A DNA stretch of 61,692 nucleotides, filler included, from Basidioascus undulatus (GCA_000826855.1; 8 parts of 8 records of this genome joined end to end with filler, not necessarily neighbours in it); one strand, 5' to 3'; shown: positions 1 through 15,475, counted from the whole stretch's first letter. Notes: generated by a model from the sequence alone, not told the origin. Made by a program: numbers and translations.

Positions 1-1080
1 GACGGGGAGAAGGAGGAGGAAGAGTAGTGGAAGGAAGACTAGATCGCATTCTCGTGCACTCGCACTCGCATTCGCACCCGCATCCGCATTCGTACCCGTT
101 CAGTCGTGACCGCACATGCAGCTTTACCATGCATCGCGAGCCCTTTCCATCGTCCCTGTCGCTCTGCACGCTTGCAGAATTGGCACCCAGACCCGCAACG
201 TCGCGAGCATTTGATAGAAGCGTCTAACTAGGACCTCTTTTGCGCTCTCAAGCTCAGGACGTTGAAGATATCCTGCCCTTCGCACCCCTACCGGTAAACA
301 CCTTGTATTGCCCGGAAAGGGAGTCACAGGATGCTCAGAGACGCAGCGTCTGGCGGACTCGAAGACGCTGCCCCACTTCAGCCTTGGCTCGCGTGCTTCT
401 CTGTCCTACGAACCCAACACAGCAGCTGCATCCCCGCAGTCGGATCCGTTCAGAGATTCCCGATCAGGTCGTCCAGACCTCAGTCAAGCGCGCATGAAGC
501 GACTCGATGATTGAAGTGGGGCAACGTCCACGCTGCCACTCGTGCTACGAAGACGCCCGCTGGAGTGGAAGAAGATTATGGAACGCATTGGGTTCACATA
601 TTAAGACGATTGGGGATCGAATCAGATTTTTTTCAGAGAACTTTGTTGGGGAAGCTGTGATCTCAATAAAGCAAACGACAATGCGGAGGTCGAGGCTCAA
701 AGTCAAGAGATAGGTAATTGGCCGCTGCGTACAGTACGGCGAAGACAGCAAAGGTGCGGAAGGACAGTGTCCAGCCTGTGTTTCTAGCACACACAGTTGT
801 CGCTGCGACACTTCTCTCTGTTCAATCGATTCGTCTGGATGCAGGATCTGGAGACCCTTCGGTACTGAGTGAAGTCGAAAGCGACGACCGGATGGCTTTT
901 GAGGCTATTTGTGCCTCTACAGACTTCATAGAATATGCTTGAGAACATATGCTTCTCGTTGTGTCCTAAAGGGATAGACTGTAAACAAGCGCAAAAATCA
1001 TACAGCCAGCAGCGATGATCATAGCAAGTCCAGTCCCTTCGCCCCCGTAAGCTGCACATTCGCCGACGCTCCAAACTTCC

Positions 1081-3477
1081 TTAGGTCGTCCGCCGCGACT
1101 GAATATTCGCGCACTTGATCAAGGCTGATCGATGGGTCGAGCGGCCCAGCATGGCGACGATCGGCAGGATTCCGAGGTCGGCGACAAGCTCGTTGCTGGA
1201 GCGAGGATGGCGGCCCAGGATCACAACGGCGACAAGGAGGAGGAGGATGCTAGCAACGAGGCCTGCGCTCGAAGGGAGAGGGCTGAGGCTCAGCAGAGCA
1301 CGAAGGACTGGCGTCTCGACGCTGACTGGACCGGGACGTGGATCCCAGCCAAGGTCGCCCACAGCTCTAACGTTGCGAGAACAGGTCACCCAGGTTGTCT
1401 TCGCGGAACGAGAGCAAACAACACTAACCGGTCGACGTCCGTATATCCAAAGTATTCACACATGGCCAAGAACATGACCGGACTAGCCTGAGCAAGCGAG
1501 AACGCGAGCGCAAAAAGGGTCGGGTTGCCGGGCAAAACCAGATTCCCCATCGCCGTGGGCGTGAGCAGGGAACTAGCTGTCTTTGGCGTCTGCGCGAGGG
1601 CTCCATTCGAGTCTACGGCGCTCATGAAGGCGCCCCAAGAGTCTTCGATGGGTAGGCCGCGCGATGGCAGCGGCTGACGCAACGGCCATGGATACGGGTG
1701 GGGCGTCCTGCCGTTGTCGCTGCCATCGAAGGCATGACTGAATCCGACGATTGACACATTGATCGGTATGGTTTTCAAGGATCAGGTGAAGAACTAGGCG
1801 TATAAAGACTCCATGCCGTCGAAGTCTTGGACGTGGAGCTGGCGTGAACGAGGATGGACGAGTTGAGCGAAAGCGCAAGAACGACGATGTTCGGGGATGA
1901 AACGGACGTCTCCGGGTCAACGTCATGCATGAGATCCAAGGAAACTTCGAACGGAGGCTTGGAGATGAGCCATACACCTTATTTCGCCCAGTCTCAAGGG
2001 ACGACGCACGCAGACCTGTACTAGGCGCATAGACAACGGAGGGATGAGTCCGGCGAGGCCTGCAAATGGCAAAGAATCAATGTTAAAATGATAGCTCATA
2101 AATAGAGGGTACACACCGAAAGTACGGCTATCGAACGTCGCGCTGGCTGTGATGTTGATGCCGACATCGGGGAGCAGTGTTGATTCGAGAGTTTTAAGTT
2201 CGCTGGCGGAAGCTCGCTGCACTCGATGCGGCATACCTTCCCAGGCACCCTAGCGAGCGATATGGCGCTGAGGAGCGAAGTAAGGGTATTGAAGGATCCA
2301 GAGAATTGAGAACGAAGCTCTCAGTCAACAATGTCTTCTTCAAAAAAGGCACAAGGCGCACGTGAGCCCATAACCACTCATGCGTAGCTGGGCGACCGTT
2401 GGTAAGCTTTGAAAAGCGCGCATGTACATGGCAGCACCCCTGTCAAGCTTGAAGCATTCAGTACTCTTCAGAAGAAGGGACGCAAGCCTCAATGGACACT
2501 CACACTTGCTGTTGGGGGAATCACGGAGTCGGTTGGTCAGTCTTTCGGAAGCTGCTCCACTCAGATTTGAGTTTTAATACACTCGATACCACCTTTAGAG
2601 AACCCAAGGACCTATTCGGGTACGGAGGGTTCACGTACGAGGTCAGCGTTAGGACTTTGGTGATGACCGTTGTGATCGAGCGGGTCGGCGCCTGTCCAGC
2701 CTGGGTCGAAACGGTGGCGTTGAATCCGACAAATGCAAATGAAGATACAAACGCAGTGCTGAATAACTAGTCTCCACTTGTTGTGTTTCAAGCACAGAGG
2801 CTCACTTAACAGTCGCTGAGCAAAGAAGTAGAAAGCCACGCTAACCAGAGGGGGTAGGGGAGTCGCGCGACGAGCCAAGTTGGTCCACACGCTCATGAGT
2901 GCCGCGCCGGGGCCGTACCTTGAGAAACAAGAGCAGCTTAAAGGCGGCGAACAGGAACCCTTGAAAAGTATGGGGACTCACCAGGCAGACGTCTTGTTGT
3001 GAAGTGCTCTAAGAGACTGCCGAGGCGCATGGAATGCGCAATCAACTGCCATGGTCTGCATTGACCATGTCTGTTGCATGGGACCTTTGGTGAACGCCTT
3101 TAAGAATCAGAGAGACCTTATAGAGAGGACCCACAGTGCTTACGAGGACACCTGAGATCAGGCTGCGTGGTTTCGGATGAGATCCCTGGCTGTGCTGCTG
3201 CAAGAAGGACCCCAACTCACGCGCTGCAGATGAAATTGAGCGAGGCCATGCCAAGCGCAAGACCCTTGATGTCCATCACGAAGTTCCGGGTGAGGTTGAA
3301 AGCGCAGAGGTTGGTGACACATAGCTCGCCGAGGACGAGCAGGACGTGGAGGCTGATGCAGAGGCGGTAGCGGGAGCGTGCGTCAGTGAAGAAGCTTGAA
3401 CGAGTCGGGGTACTAGGCTCGCTTGTACCGCTCGATAAGGTTGATAAAGGTCGGTAAAGGGGACTGGTAATTCTCAC
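1081..3477 (-). CDS. Putative multi-exon hypothetical membrane protein; exon structure unresolved
   Basis: A run of minus-strand ORF pieces has hydrophobic segments (LCISLHVLLVL near the N-terminus; VASILLLLVAVVILG near the end) separated by GT..AG-like stretches. No family recognised. Confidence 0.35.
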
Positions 3478-5166
3478 AATCCTCGGGCTTCTTCCTTTTT
3501 ACGTTTGAAGATGAGTATCGGCGGATGGTGAGAGACGAACGAGTGAGGGGCAGAGGCCAGACGACTGCGCGCCGTGCAGTGAAGTAGGATGAATGTGATC
3601 TGGATCGATTGCACCGATGCCTAGACCCTTTGGATACGCATTATTGGGAAGTAGGAAGCATTCAATTTCCCGTCAGGTGTAGTGTCACTGACGTCTCCTC
3701 AATCCGGGGCCAGAGCGGCGTCGAAGGCAGGAGGCAGTTGATAGGCTCGTGGACGTCGCTTCAGGAGGCAGGCGCACCACTGAGCGAAGTTCGAAGGGCC
3801 TGCAAAATAGTACTTCCGTCTGTTAAATACACTCTCCTCCATATGAACCACGTCCTCGTGCGACAGCAATGTCCAAGGAGACGCGCGGACCCTTCCCTTT
3901 CAATGCGTCCCTCCATACCGTCACTGTGCTGCATATCTGCTCAAGGAAATTATCCCTCTCATCTGGTCCCTAATAAACCTCTGTGGTGGCAAGTATTCCC
4001 CTTCGTCACTTTGGCGGCAACAGCTGGCCTCGAACGCGCTCGATCTTTCTTAGCCTGTCAGACCAAGAAAACTCAATGATCCACTTTCTAGGACCTACTA
4101 CTGTTCGGTTACTAGACTTCTGCCTATTCTTTCTTGACAAGATGGTTGACATTGGTCGACGGCACAGCGGATATCAACACCCTCGCGGCCTGCCGACGTT
4201 GAGGACTGGCGGAGGCTTGAATGCGTCATGCAGACCTTATTACGTTTTTTTTTTTGAGATTGTATGAAGGGGTACGTCCTTGATCGACGCAAGCTTCCCC
4301 CGTACACCCCGAAAGCAGCCACACGAAAGAGCTACTACTCATCCACACTGCACGCCTGCTAGTCAGAAAATATTGCCACCAGCTTGACAGTTCGAAGACA
4401 CACTGGGGTCTCAGGGAATATCAGACGTGAAGTGGGAAATTGTACCCCGAATTTTGGCTATTGCTTTCGAGTGCGAATTGCTGCGGTGACGATCCAGCCA
4501 GTGTCGACAGTTCGGCCCAGCCCTCCAGAAACCTGATGAGGGACAAGTGGTTGAAGCTCGTGTAGCATTTTATATCTTTGGGCCAATGTGTTTAATTATA
4601 GGCTTTATTCGTGTAAGCCTGGGAGCGGCAAAGACTGGGCGATCGCGTCGACCGGTATTGTATGCCCCCATGCAGCTGGGCGCAACCCACCAGCTTAAGC
4701 TTCCCGTCTTCCTCCCCGCCGACCTGTTTCCCTCCTTCCGTTAAAATTACTCCACCATACCATGTAGTGGGCAGACCTCCTCTTCAAATTCCCGGGAAGT
4801 GGGTCCTCGAGGCTTCGGAAGAATAGACGTTTCACACAAGGAGCCAGTCACATCCTGTGGCCTGCGGAGGAGTGCGACAGGGGCTTGTATTCAAGCAGGG
4901 ATCTCGACATGAATGCCTTTTTACAATAAATCTGCCATGAAAGTTTTGGAGAGGGCGCGAGATGCAGCTCAGAGTAGTTCGGATGGTCAAACACCCGCAG
5001 GTCTCTCTAGCGGTAAAGCGAAAGAGAGTCGTGATATCAGCAGCCAGGAATTTCTGTCCTACATTGCTGTTCACACGGCCTCAAATTATCCTGCAAGCTG
5101 CAGAAAGTTTTATGATTGTTTCCCGCATCCGTCCTTCATGTCCCTCTTTCTTTCGATGGGCCGCGC

Positions 5167-7058
5167 TCAGAACTGGAGCATCCCTCCCTACGGCCCCGCC
5201 ATACCACCCCGAACGGATAAGTATCATTCCCACTATCGGACCCCTCCACCTTCCTCAAATGAAGCAGACGCACATTGGTAGAGACGATGGAGCCCGACAC
5301 CCACCTCGCTTTCTCGCTCGCTAGTAAGACGATGACGTCCGAGATCTGTCCGCGCCCATTCACGCCCAAGTAAGAACATGGGATGGGGGACGAGATAAAG
5401 GAAGGACAAGAGGGGGAGAAGGGGAAGAGGGGATGAGGGAAAGAGGAGCGGGGAAAGGAGGAACGGACCTCACTCGGTTTCGCGACCGGGTTCTTGCGCA
5501 GCTCCTCCTGGAACTCGGGCGATGTCGAGTTGAACATGTCTGTTTCGACGGGGCCGCTGTGGTGTACGTGGAGTTGTTAGTGTCTGATTCTTCCCTTTGC
5601 GAATCCGTCTGCCATTGAGATGTGGAGGTAGAGGGGAGGAAAGAGACAGAGTGGTAAGGATGGAGGGGGGACACACGGGTTCACGCCGTTCACGGTAATG
5701 CCGCGCTCGCGGCCGAACTCGCTGTCAGGGGAGTGTGGGTCAGCTATGAGCTTGAGATGGTCGAAAAGGGATGGAGGGAAGAGATGTAGGATGGGAGAGA
5801 AAAAGGCACACGCACTTGTGCCAGCATTTGATGAAACTCTCCACTGCCGCTTTCCTATCCCCCCGCCATGTCCCTCAGTTCCATCTTCTCTCGCTCTTCA
5901 CCTCCTCTGTTCTTAGACCTACGTAGCACCGTAAACCTGCCCTCCCCCACTCGCTCAGTCACCAATCACCTTCGGAGGCGGAAGGAAAGGAAGAGTGAAA
6001 ACCGCACAGTCTGCAGCGGGTATCCCGTCCGTGCGCTCACAGAGCTGAGGATGATAATCCGCCCGCCGCGCGGGATGTACGGCAGCGCGGACTTGGTCAG
6101 GAGCATTGGGCCGCGGACTGTTCGCATTCCCCCATCCTCGTCAGCGGAGAGGGAACGAAAAGAAAAAAAGGGGGAAGAGGAGGTGACGGGAGGAGGGGGA
6201 AAGGGGCGCACCGTTGATGTTCATCTGCTTGTCGTACTCGTCCAAAGTGAGGTCCGAGAGGGACTTGTTGATCGAGACGCCCGCTGTCCCACCGACCCAT
6301 GGTTTCTCAGAACGTTTCTCCTCCTTTTTTTCTTGACGGAAGCGGGAAGAAACGTACCGTTATGCACGATAATGTCGATCCTCTCTTCCCCAAAGAACCT
6401 ATTCCATCCCAATCAGCCTTTTCCCCCGACAGACCATCTCGGGCGGGGATTCTAAAGGGGGCAGAAAGGAACGGAACAGGAAAGGAAAGAAACGTACTTC
6501 TTAGCAACCTCCACAACAACATCCCCCACCTCCCTGCTCCCCACATCAGCCTGGACCTTCCCCGCGCGTGCGCCCGTGCCCAGCCGCCCGATCTCCTCGA
6601 TCAGCGAGTCCGCCTTCGACGCGGACGAGGGGGAGGTGTAGTTGATTAGGACGTGCGCGCCTTCGCGGGCGAAGTCGAGGGCGACCCTTTGAGAGGGGAG
6701 GTCAATTGGGATGTCAGTCCGGAAGAAGTGAGATTGTGGAGAGAGATGAGGAGCAGGGGGGAGAGGGAGAGGGAAGAAGGGAGGAGGAGGAGGCTGGATG
6801 AGGGAGCTGGGGGAAGTGGGGGAAGAGGGAGCAGAGGGAAGAGGGAGGGAGGAGGACGGACTGGGCACCGATACCTGTGAGGGTTTGAGAGGATCAGGGG
6901 AGTATTGGGAGGCTGGGAGGGGAAGGAAGGAGGGACCCACCACGCGAGCCACCGGTGATGATCGCGTCTTCATTTGGGGAAACGTGAGTTGAACCGATAA
7001 GGAGAAAACAAGACGGAAGATGAAAGAGGGAAGACGTACTCTTTCCCTTCAGCGACAT
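5167..7058 (-). CDS. Classical short-chain dehydrogenase/reductase (SDR), multi-exon
   Basis: Manual splicing gives MSLKGK..AIITGGSRG/IGAQ, VLINY, VQADV, IDIIVHN, GRIIILSS, catalytic YGATK, GITVNGVNP/GPVETDM and ARWVSGSIVSTN/GGMLQF*. ATG at 7058, TGA at 5167-5169. Confidence 0.9.
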
Positions 7059-7640
7059 CCTTCTCTTTTCTTTTCTCTCGGTTGGGTCTACAGGGTTGTG
7101 AAGAGCAAGGCTAATGATGTGTAGGCTCGGAAGAAGTGGAAGGTGGAGAAGGGAACGGGAAGTGAGAGCGGAAGAAAGGAAGACGCAGCATGTTAAGCGA
7201 GCTTGGATAAGCTCGATTGCGGGGACCGGAGGACCGGGCCGCTCCCGAGATGGCGACATTTCGGGGGCGGAGCGCGATTGCTTTCTGGTGGCGTGTTGGC
7301 AGGGCGACGCGGTCTTGCTCAAGCTGTCGGTCTGTTGGGAGAGGGGTGATTTATGTTGTGTGTTGGGATTGAAGGAGTACATGCGAAGGCGAGAGGAGAG
7401 TTAGAGGGAAAGACGGCGTTCTCGTTTGTTGGACAAAGCGAGATAAGACACTTGTCTCAGGTCGACCTGGACGTATCTACTGACCAAGAATCGCTTCATC
7501 AGGGCATACATCATTTTTGTCAAGCTCAATCTCCTTCGAGTCCCCTTCGAGCGTCCCAAGATCAAGCGCCCACGAACCTCACGGAGAAGTTTGAGATGGA
7601 TATTCCCGATGGAGATTCCCGAGGAGCACAAGGCGAGCTG

Positions 7641-7740
7641 NNNNNNNNNNNNNNNNNNNNNNNNNNNNNNNNNNNNNNNNNNNNTTAATTAATTAANNNN
7701 NNNNNNNNNNNNNNNNNNNNNNNNNNNNNNNNNNNNNNNN
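7641..7740. other. Artificial contig linker (N44-TTAATTAATTAA-N44)
   Basis: Identical 100-bp spacers with stops in all six frames also occur at 15376-15475, 23109-23208, 30836-30935, 38563-38662, 46283-46382 and 53989-54088. Confidence 0.99.
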
Positions 7741-8105
7741 GTCACGTTCGGCGTGCGCTCGATTTGCTGCGACAGGGAGAGCGGGACAGAAGCGATGCCG
7801 AGGTACAGGGCGGGCGTGATGATGTTTGTTTATTTGTGGGTAGTTGACGCAGAGGGGAGGGTGGGTCTTAGGAGGCGACGCAGGGAGGCGACGGTATGTG
7901 TGGGTTGGAGGAGGGGGACGAGGTGAGAAGGTTGAGTAGGAAGGTTGGGACGGATTGTGTAAAGGGGAAGATGATATGCCATGCGGTTGAGAAGTTCGAT
8001 TGAGGCTTGCCGTGGCGGGTTCCGATGGGAAACTAATTCAGGTACCCCGTAAGGTCGAGTGAGGAGTCAAATGAACGCCGGAGCATCGCTGATGCCGATC
8101 GATCG

Positions 8106-9848
8106 AGCCAGTCCGGCTATATCAACTCCTGCTGCCTGGCAGCAGAAGTTTTATTTTCGCTGCCGAGCAACAGTTTTCGAGGCAGCCGAAAATCTACAAT
8201 TGTGAGAATCTGGGTGCTCGGCAGCAAAAAGAACTTGGCTCGATCCGCGGATCAACGGGCACAGGAAACAGCTGCCGGGAAGCAGTTCAGTGGCGGCAGA
8301 AATTCTGCAGCTCACAAACGATTTTTTTTTTCTTTCCTAGTTTTCGGCGACTTCAGTCATGCACGCATTCAAGCGGAGCCCTGCCTCCCCTCTTCGACTC
8401 CGTCCATCATCTCGGTCTTTCGCTTTCATCCACTGCCCCGACCTCCCTTCCGCCCTCATCCTCCATCAGTAGCACTTCGTTTCCTCGTCCTCCCACCATC
8501 CCCATACCCACCTTCATTATGTTCATCTTTCCATACTGCGCTTGATCCACCTCTCATAATAATGGCTTTTGCCACCCACTTGCACCGCTCACCGCTGCGC
8601 CCCACACCCCGCCACTGCCCTCCGCTTCAGCAAAACCGACCGTACAGACGGAATTGAGGGTGCCCGTGCCCTTCTAGGTGCGTGAAGCGGAGGGGGAATG
8701 GTAGAGTGCTGGGGCAGCCGGTGACGGGGCGGATTTGGGGCAGTCTGGCCGCTGTGGCGGCGAACGGGGATGATCGAGACGGTGATTGCAGCTCAGAAAG
8801 AATGGAGATAAGCAAAACAAGGAGCAGCGGCAAGGGTGGCTTCGTTTTGATACTGTTGCTTCGCCATGCGCCATCCCTCCCTCTTCCCGTCCCTCCTCTC
8901 TGTACCTCCTTTGCCTGCCCTTCCATCCACCTCCATCCACCCCCCTCCATCTCCTCCGTCGCTCAATGTCATCTCTCCCAGTTCCCACTGTCATTGTCCA
9001 CGCGATCCAAGACAAACCACTGCCTTGACTCCGGTTTCCTTACCCCGCAGAACCCGCAAGAGCATAGACGGCCAGCGCGTCTGCAGGCACGCCATGCCCT
9101 TCCCTTTAACCTCCCTCTTTGTTCCTGCTCATAGTCCCCGCATCCACAGATGGGAAGATGACCGGGCTGAGGTGTGCCCTCCCCTTTCCTGATCCCCCTC
9201 ATTCTGGCAAGGTACCGCTGATGTGCTGCTGCTTCCCGCTCAAACTCGCGTTCATGCCCCGACCTGCAGCAGCAGCAGAAGAAGAAGGCAAGGTGCGCAC
9301 CGTCTTTCTTATGTCTTTTCTTCTGTGCTTGTGACTGAATCGCTTGAATTGTCATACAGGCTTTCTCCGGCTTCGAAGCACAAGTCGAGCCGCCGCCCTG
9401 CAACAGGCGAGAGCTCGGGTGTCTAGAGAGAGCCTGGGCGGGGGCGGGAGGAGCAAATGCCAGCTGATATGAATATTTTTGACTGAGCTTTTACGACATT
9501 ATAAAGCATTGCGATGATCTGTAATGTGTGAGCTGGTCTGGAGAAGTCTGCGGCTGAGCATCGGAAGAATCACAGCCTGGCAGCAGAAGTCCTACACCCC
9601 TGAAAAGCATCGCAGAAACTGTTCCTACGCTCGTCAGAAGAATTACATCTGCTCATCAGCCAAAGGGTCCATTTTTTTTTCCTGCATGCAGGCAGCGGAA
9701 GTTTTGCAACGACAACTGCTGCTCATCAGCAGTTTTCTTGCTGTCCGTCAGCAACAATTGTAGGGGAAATTCTGCTGGGGGGCATACAAAAAAAACCTGC
9801 CACCCGTCAGCAGTTTCCTGCAGCAGAAATTCTGCAGCCGGCCTCGCT
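8106..9848. mobile_element. Candidate non-autonomous DNA transposon relic with degenerate terminal inverted repeats and subterminal GCAGCAGAA-type repeats
   Basis: AGCCAGTCCGGCT (8106-8118) matches the reverse complement of 9836-9848 (AGCGAGGCCGGCT) at 11/13, and similarity continues to CTGCTGC. GCAGAAATTCTGCAG and CTGGCAGCAGAAGT occur in both terminal ~300-bp zones. No clean TSD and no transposase. Confidence 0.4.
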
Positions 9849-11260
9849 AGCGATATCGTTGTCGGTGCAGCCACGCCGATGGAAGAGAGGGAGGCGGGTG
9901 AGCTTTGTCGTGCATGTTGAACCATGACAATACAGAGAGCTAATCAATTAATGGTACGCTGATCTCGGCTTTGGTCTCGTCCTCACGTCGCGGCGAATCA
10001 AGCCCAAAGCACTTCACGTCGCGAAGAGCGTGCCGATGCTCCTCGAGGTGCTGCGTATATAAATACCAACGGGGGCTCTCAATACCGTACGTTCCCTTAG
10101 CCTGTTTGATTTTGCCACACAATGCCGTAAAGGCTGACATCCAGCCGCCAGCTGCACGCCTGCCGGTTTGTGCATTGTCTTTTCTGTGCCAAAGCGCGCA
10201 GCCAGATTTGGGTCCTATGAGATAGAGTTTATTTTTTGATTACCCCAGGCGGAGCAGCAGGGGTAATTTAGTGAGTAAGGCCAGCTAATGTTGGTTAAAG
10301 TGGGAGCGGGCGTTGGGACTGCTTCAGGCTCTTCGTCATAAGTGGCATAACCTCCATTAGTAGTTCTGCAACCATCCCTCACCCATTCCCAGAAGTTTAT
10401 ATGTATTTACGCTGCTGTAAATAGTTTAAAGGTCACACGCTACATATGGGACCTCCTTGAAACTGGCTGCAGCGCCGTGACAATACAGCGTCTGAAAGAT
10501 TCAACAGCAGAGGTCTCTTCCTCGAAGTTGCTGGAAGAAGAGGATCCGGACTGCCATTGGCCTTGAGAAATTCCCTTCTTTCAGTCTATTAATAAGAGAA
10601 ACAACTCAGCGATAGCATTTTCCATGTAGGCCTGCCCACTGAAACATCAGGCATTGTTGGCCTGCAGCACAGGCGATCGCGAGGCGTCCAGCTACCGTTT
10701 TCGAACGCTTCGGAAGAGAGACTCAAAGCGGGTCTTTGCCAGCACATAGCTCTCTTTGCTGCGTCTGACTCGTTGGCGATGATGAGCTGTAAGTCGCTGA
10801 GCCAGTGCAGACGCGATGGAAGTGAACGTGTTTGCAGCGGTGGAGGTGGCGGACCGAGCAGCGACGGGCCGCAGTGCCCAGCGGTCGCCGGGTCACAGTC
10901 TGCGCACAGCCTGCTGTATACATGCCGAGCTCTGTATACTCTCAGGTAGAGGCTCTTGGATTATTTTTCGTTCACCGAACAACAGAGTTGACATGAGTGC
11001 TATCGGAGGTACATGTGCCTGTCGTCGATCACCTGCAAAAGTGACCTGATAATACGTCGAAACTAAACTGCCGAATAGCGGCGGGACCGAGGTCCGCCCG
11101 GGACGACGGCTTTTCAGCTGAGACTCGCGCGCGGCGGTGGTGGCTCGAGCTGGATCTTGCCCGCCAGCGAGCGTCTTCTCTTTCCCTTCCCACCATCTTC
11201 TCCTTGCCCCTCCCACCCTTCCTCCTGTCTTCCCCTTTTTCAACGCCGTAATCCCCCTAA

Positions 11261-13215
<1,955 letters not shown>

Positions 13216-14206
13216 GTGTGTCGCCCCCTTCCGCATCCGTATCCACATCCATCTCCATCTCCGCATCGCATCGCATACTCGCATCTCTCGTTCAACACCG
13301 AGGGCCTTCTGACTGTTATACCCCTTTTGGCTTTCCTTCGCTCGCTTCGCCCTTTCTCCTTGGTTTGTGATTGGCCGGCCGCTCCATCGTAGGCCGCGCT
13401 TTGTACGACGTAGACAAGAACTTGGCATGTCGTGACTTGCCATTATCTAAAATGAAGAAAAAGGCTTCAACCCCGCATACTCTTTCGCTTGCGTGTGCGC
13501 ATTTTGGTGTGGATTTGGCTCGATTTTGCGTCCATCGTGGTAGCTTGTTGGCCTTTGCGACAGGCACGGGGACACCTTCGCTCTCGACAAGACTCAACCT
13601 GGGGCTTGACGAGAAGGGAAGGCGAAGGGTAGTCTGATATGGTCGGGTTCTGACGTGCGCTTGCTTGATGCTGCGACTGCACGTCCCAATCATCGCGACT
13701 GGCGGTCGCGCAGCAAATGCCCCGAATGGGCTTTCAGAGCATCAAAGCTAACGTATCGGCATATAAACTGCTTCTTCAAGAATTCTGAAGATCCATTCAA
13801 AGTTCGAAGCCAGCTCTCTTCTTGATCCCGCCAATCCCGCTCATTTTCCTCGTCTTGGAAGCAACACACGCCGCATTGCCATTCATCCCGCAGATCTCTA
13901 GATCGCAATACCCGTTTCATGACACCCGAAATAAAGTTACATTTCGTCACGGATGAGCCTGAGATCAACCGAGATGAGTGTCAGCGAGCCTGTTCCGATA
14001 CGCACCCCGAGTGCGCATTCCATAAATCCTTGTAGGTCGTTTAATACGTTGAGTTAGTTTGAAAAGCAAAGCTAAGGTATCCACCCGGTACAACTTGACT
14101 GTCAGCGCTGGACCAAAAGTCTGGAAAAAACGCTTTCGGCGGTGGCAGCCCAGTCGAGGAGAAGGTCTCTGTATCTCTATAAGTCCTGTGGGAAGCACAG
14201 GTAACA

Positions 14207-14278
14207 AGCTTGATGGCGCAGGGGAAGCGCGGTGGGCTCATAACCCACAGGTCTCTGGATCGAAACCAGATCAAGCTA
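14207..14278 (+). tRNA. Initiator tRNA-Met (CAT), intronless
   Basis: Acceptor stem AGCTTGA/TCAAGCT with A1-U72; anticodon arm GTGGG-CTCATAA-CCCAC with three G-C pairs; T-loop GATCGAAAC (A54/A60). These are eukaryotic initiator hallmarks. Confidence 0.97.
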
Positions 14279-14280
14279 CA

Positions 14281-14287
14281 TTTTTTC
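14281..14287 (+). terminator. RNA polymerase III oligo(T) terminator of tRNA-iMet
   Basis: T7 run starting 3 nt after the tRNA discriminator base. Confidence 0.85.
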
Positions 14288-14652
14288 CTCAGCTCGTCTC
14301 GGTTTCCTTTAGCCCTCCCATTTCCATTCGCTCTCCGTTTTATTTTGGGTTTGAAATTTTATGTAGCAAGGTTTTCAGGGCAAGTCACAAATGGGCGAGG
14401 AAGGTACCGCGCATGCGCTGCATGCCTCGAGGCTCGTGGAGACCACTGGATCGGTTCCTGTATTATAGATAGGAGAGGAGCTGCTATATGGGAGAAAGGA
14501 GCGCTGCCGTTCTCGCCCTTTCACTGCTCAAGTGACGTATCCTTTCCACCCAAGAAACAGGTAGGCTGCTCCACAACGACGCACACACCAACACACCCCT
14601 CGCAAGCTTCTCACATCACTCAAACACAGCACGATGCATCTCTCCCCACTCT

Positions 14653-15375
14653 TCATCCGCCCAAAAACCGCAACAACCGCCCCCCCGCGTCCCACACGCT
14701 GTCGGCGCCCCCGCCGAAGGAGAAGCCGAGGAGGCGGCTGTCGATCGGGAAGCCGACGGCTTGGACGAGGCGTGTGTATTGGATGGAGGCGAGCCTGCGG
14801 GGTGACGAGCAGTGCGAGTCAACCGTCAGTCGCGAGGGTGCGATTGAGACGGAGGACTAGGCGAGGGGAGAGGGAGAGGGAGAGGGAGAGGGAGAGTGGA
14901 ACGTACTGTCGGGATCGCAAGAGGAGGACGACGAGCGCGACTACTGCAAAAGCGAGGTTGCAGCCCTTCACCCGAACGCGGTCATTCAGCACAGCGCATG
15001 AAGTAGAATCGATGGGAGGAGGTACACACGATGAACTCCCAGTAATCTCTCCGTTCAGCCTCGATCAAGCGCCCGCACGCCTCCCACGCGGGCAGTCCGC
15101 CCGCCCCTGCTCCTGCCCCTGCTGCACCACCATTCTTAATCGGAGCGACGGCCTGCCTTGCCTCCAGACCGTCGCTGACGGCGGTGCACCGGATCAGCCG
15201 CCGGTTGCCGAACGGCTGGCAGACCTGGGTGTCGCGCTCGTCGGCAGGGCAGGGCTCGCACCTTTGGAGAGAGAGTGAGTTGGAAAGAGATGGAAAGGGG
15301 ATGAGGGGAGACGTACGGTCCCCGGGGATGGCAAATGTAGTCTTTGTTGTCGATGCTTGCGCGGCGGGCGAGGGA
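14653..15375 (-). CDS. JTB-like Cys-rich single-pass membrane protein; 5' end cut by contig end
   Basis: Spliced: ..KDYICHPRGP/CEPCPADERDTQVCQPFGNRRLIRC..PAWEACGRLIEAERRDYWEFI/GCNLAFAVVALVVLLLRSRQ/..* (TGA 14653-14655). Six Cys, then E-R-x-D-Y-W-E-F, a TM helix and a basic tail. Confidence 0.7.
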
Positions 15376-15475
15376 NNNNNNNNNNNNNNNNNNNNNNNNN
15401 NNNNNNNNNNNNNNNNNNNTTAATTAATTAANNNNNNNNNNNNNNNNNNNNNNNNNNNNNNNNNNNNNNNNNNNN

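Noticed and set aside
50..95. Hexamer microsatellite-like tracts (His-Ser/His-Pro in ORF 27-227); also 13231-13280 and (GAGAGG)n near 14868-14895
   Set aside because: Ordinary low-complexity UTR or intron repeats.
9940..10900. Stop-interrupted minus-strand coding-like sequence; similar stretches at about 13690-13970, 17400-19050, 24800-26300 and 60500-61650
   Set aside because: No family motifs or consistent exon chain could be established. They may be further relics but are unsupported.
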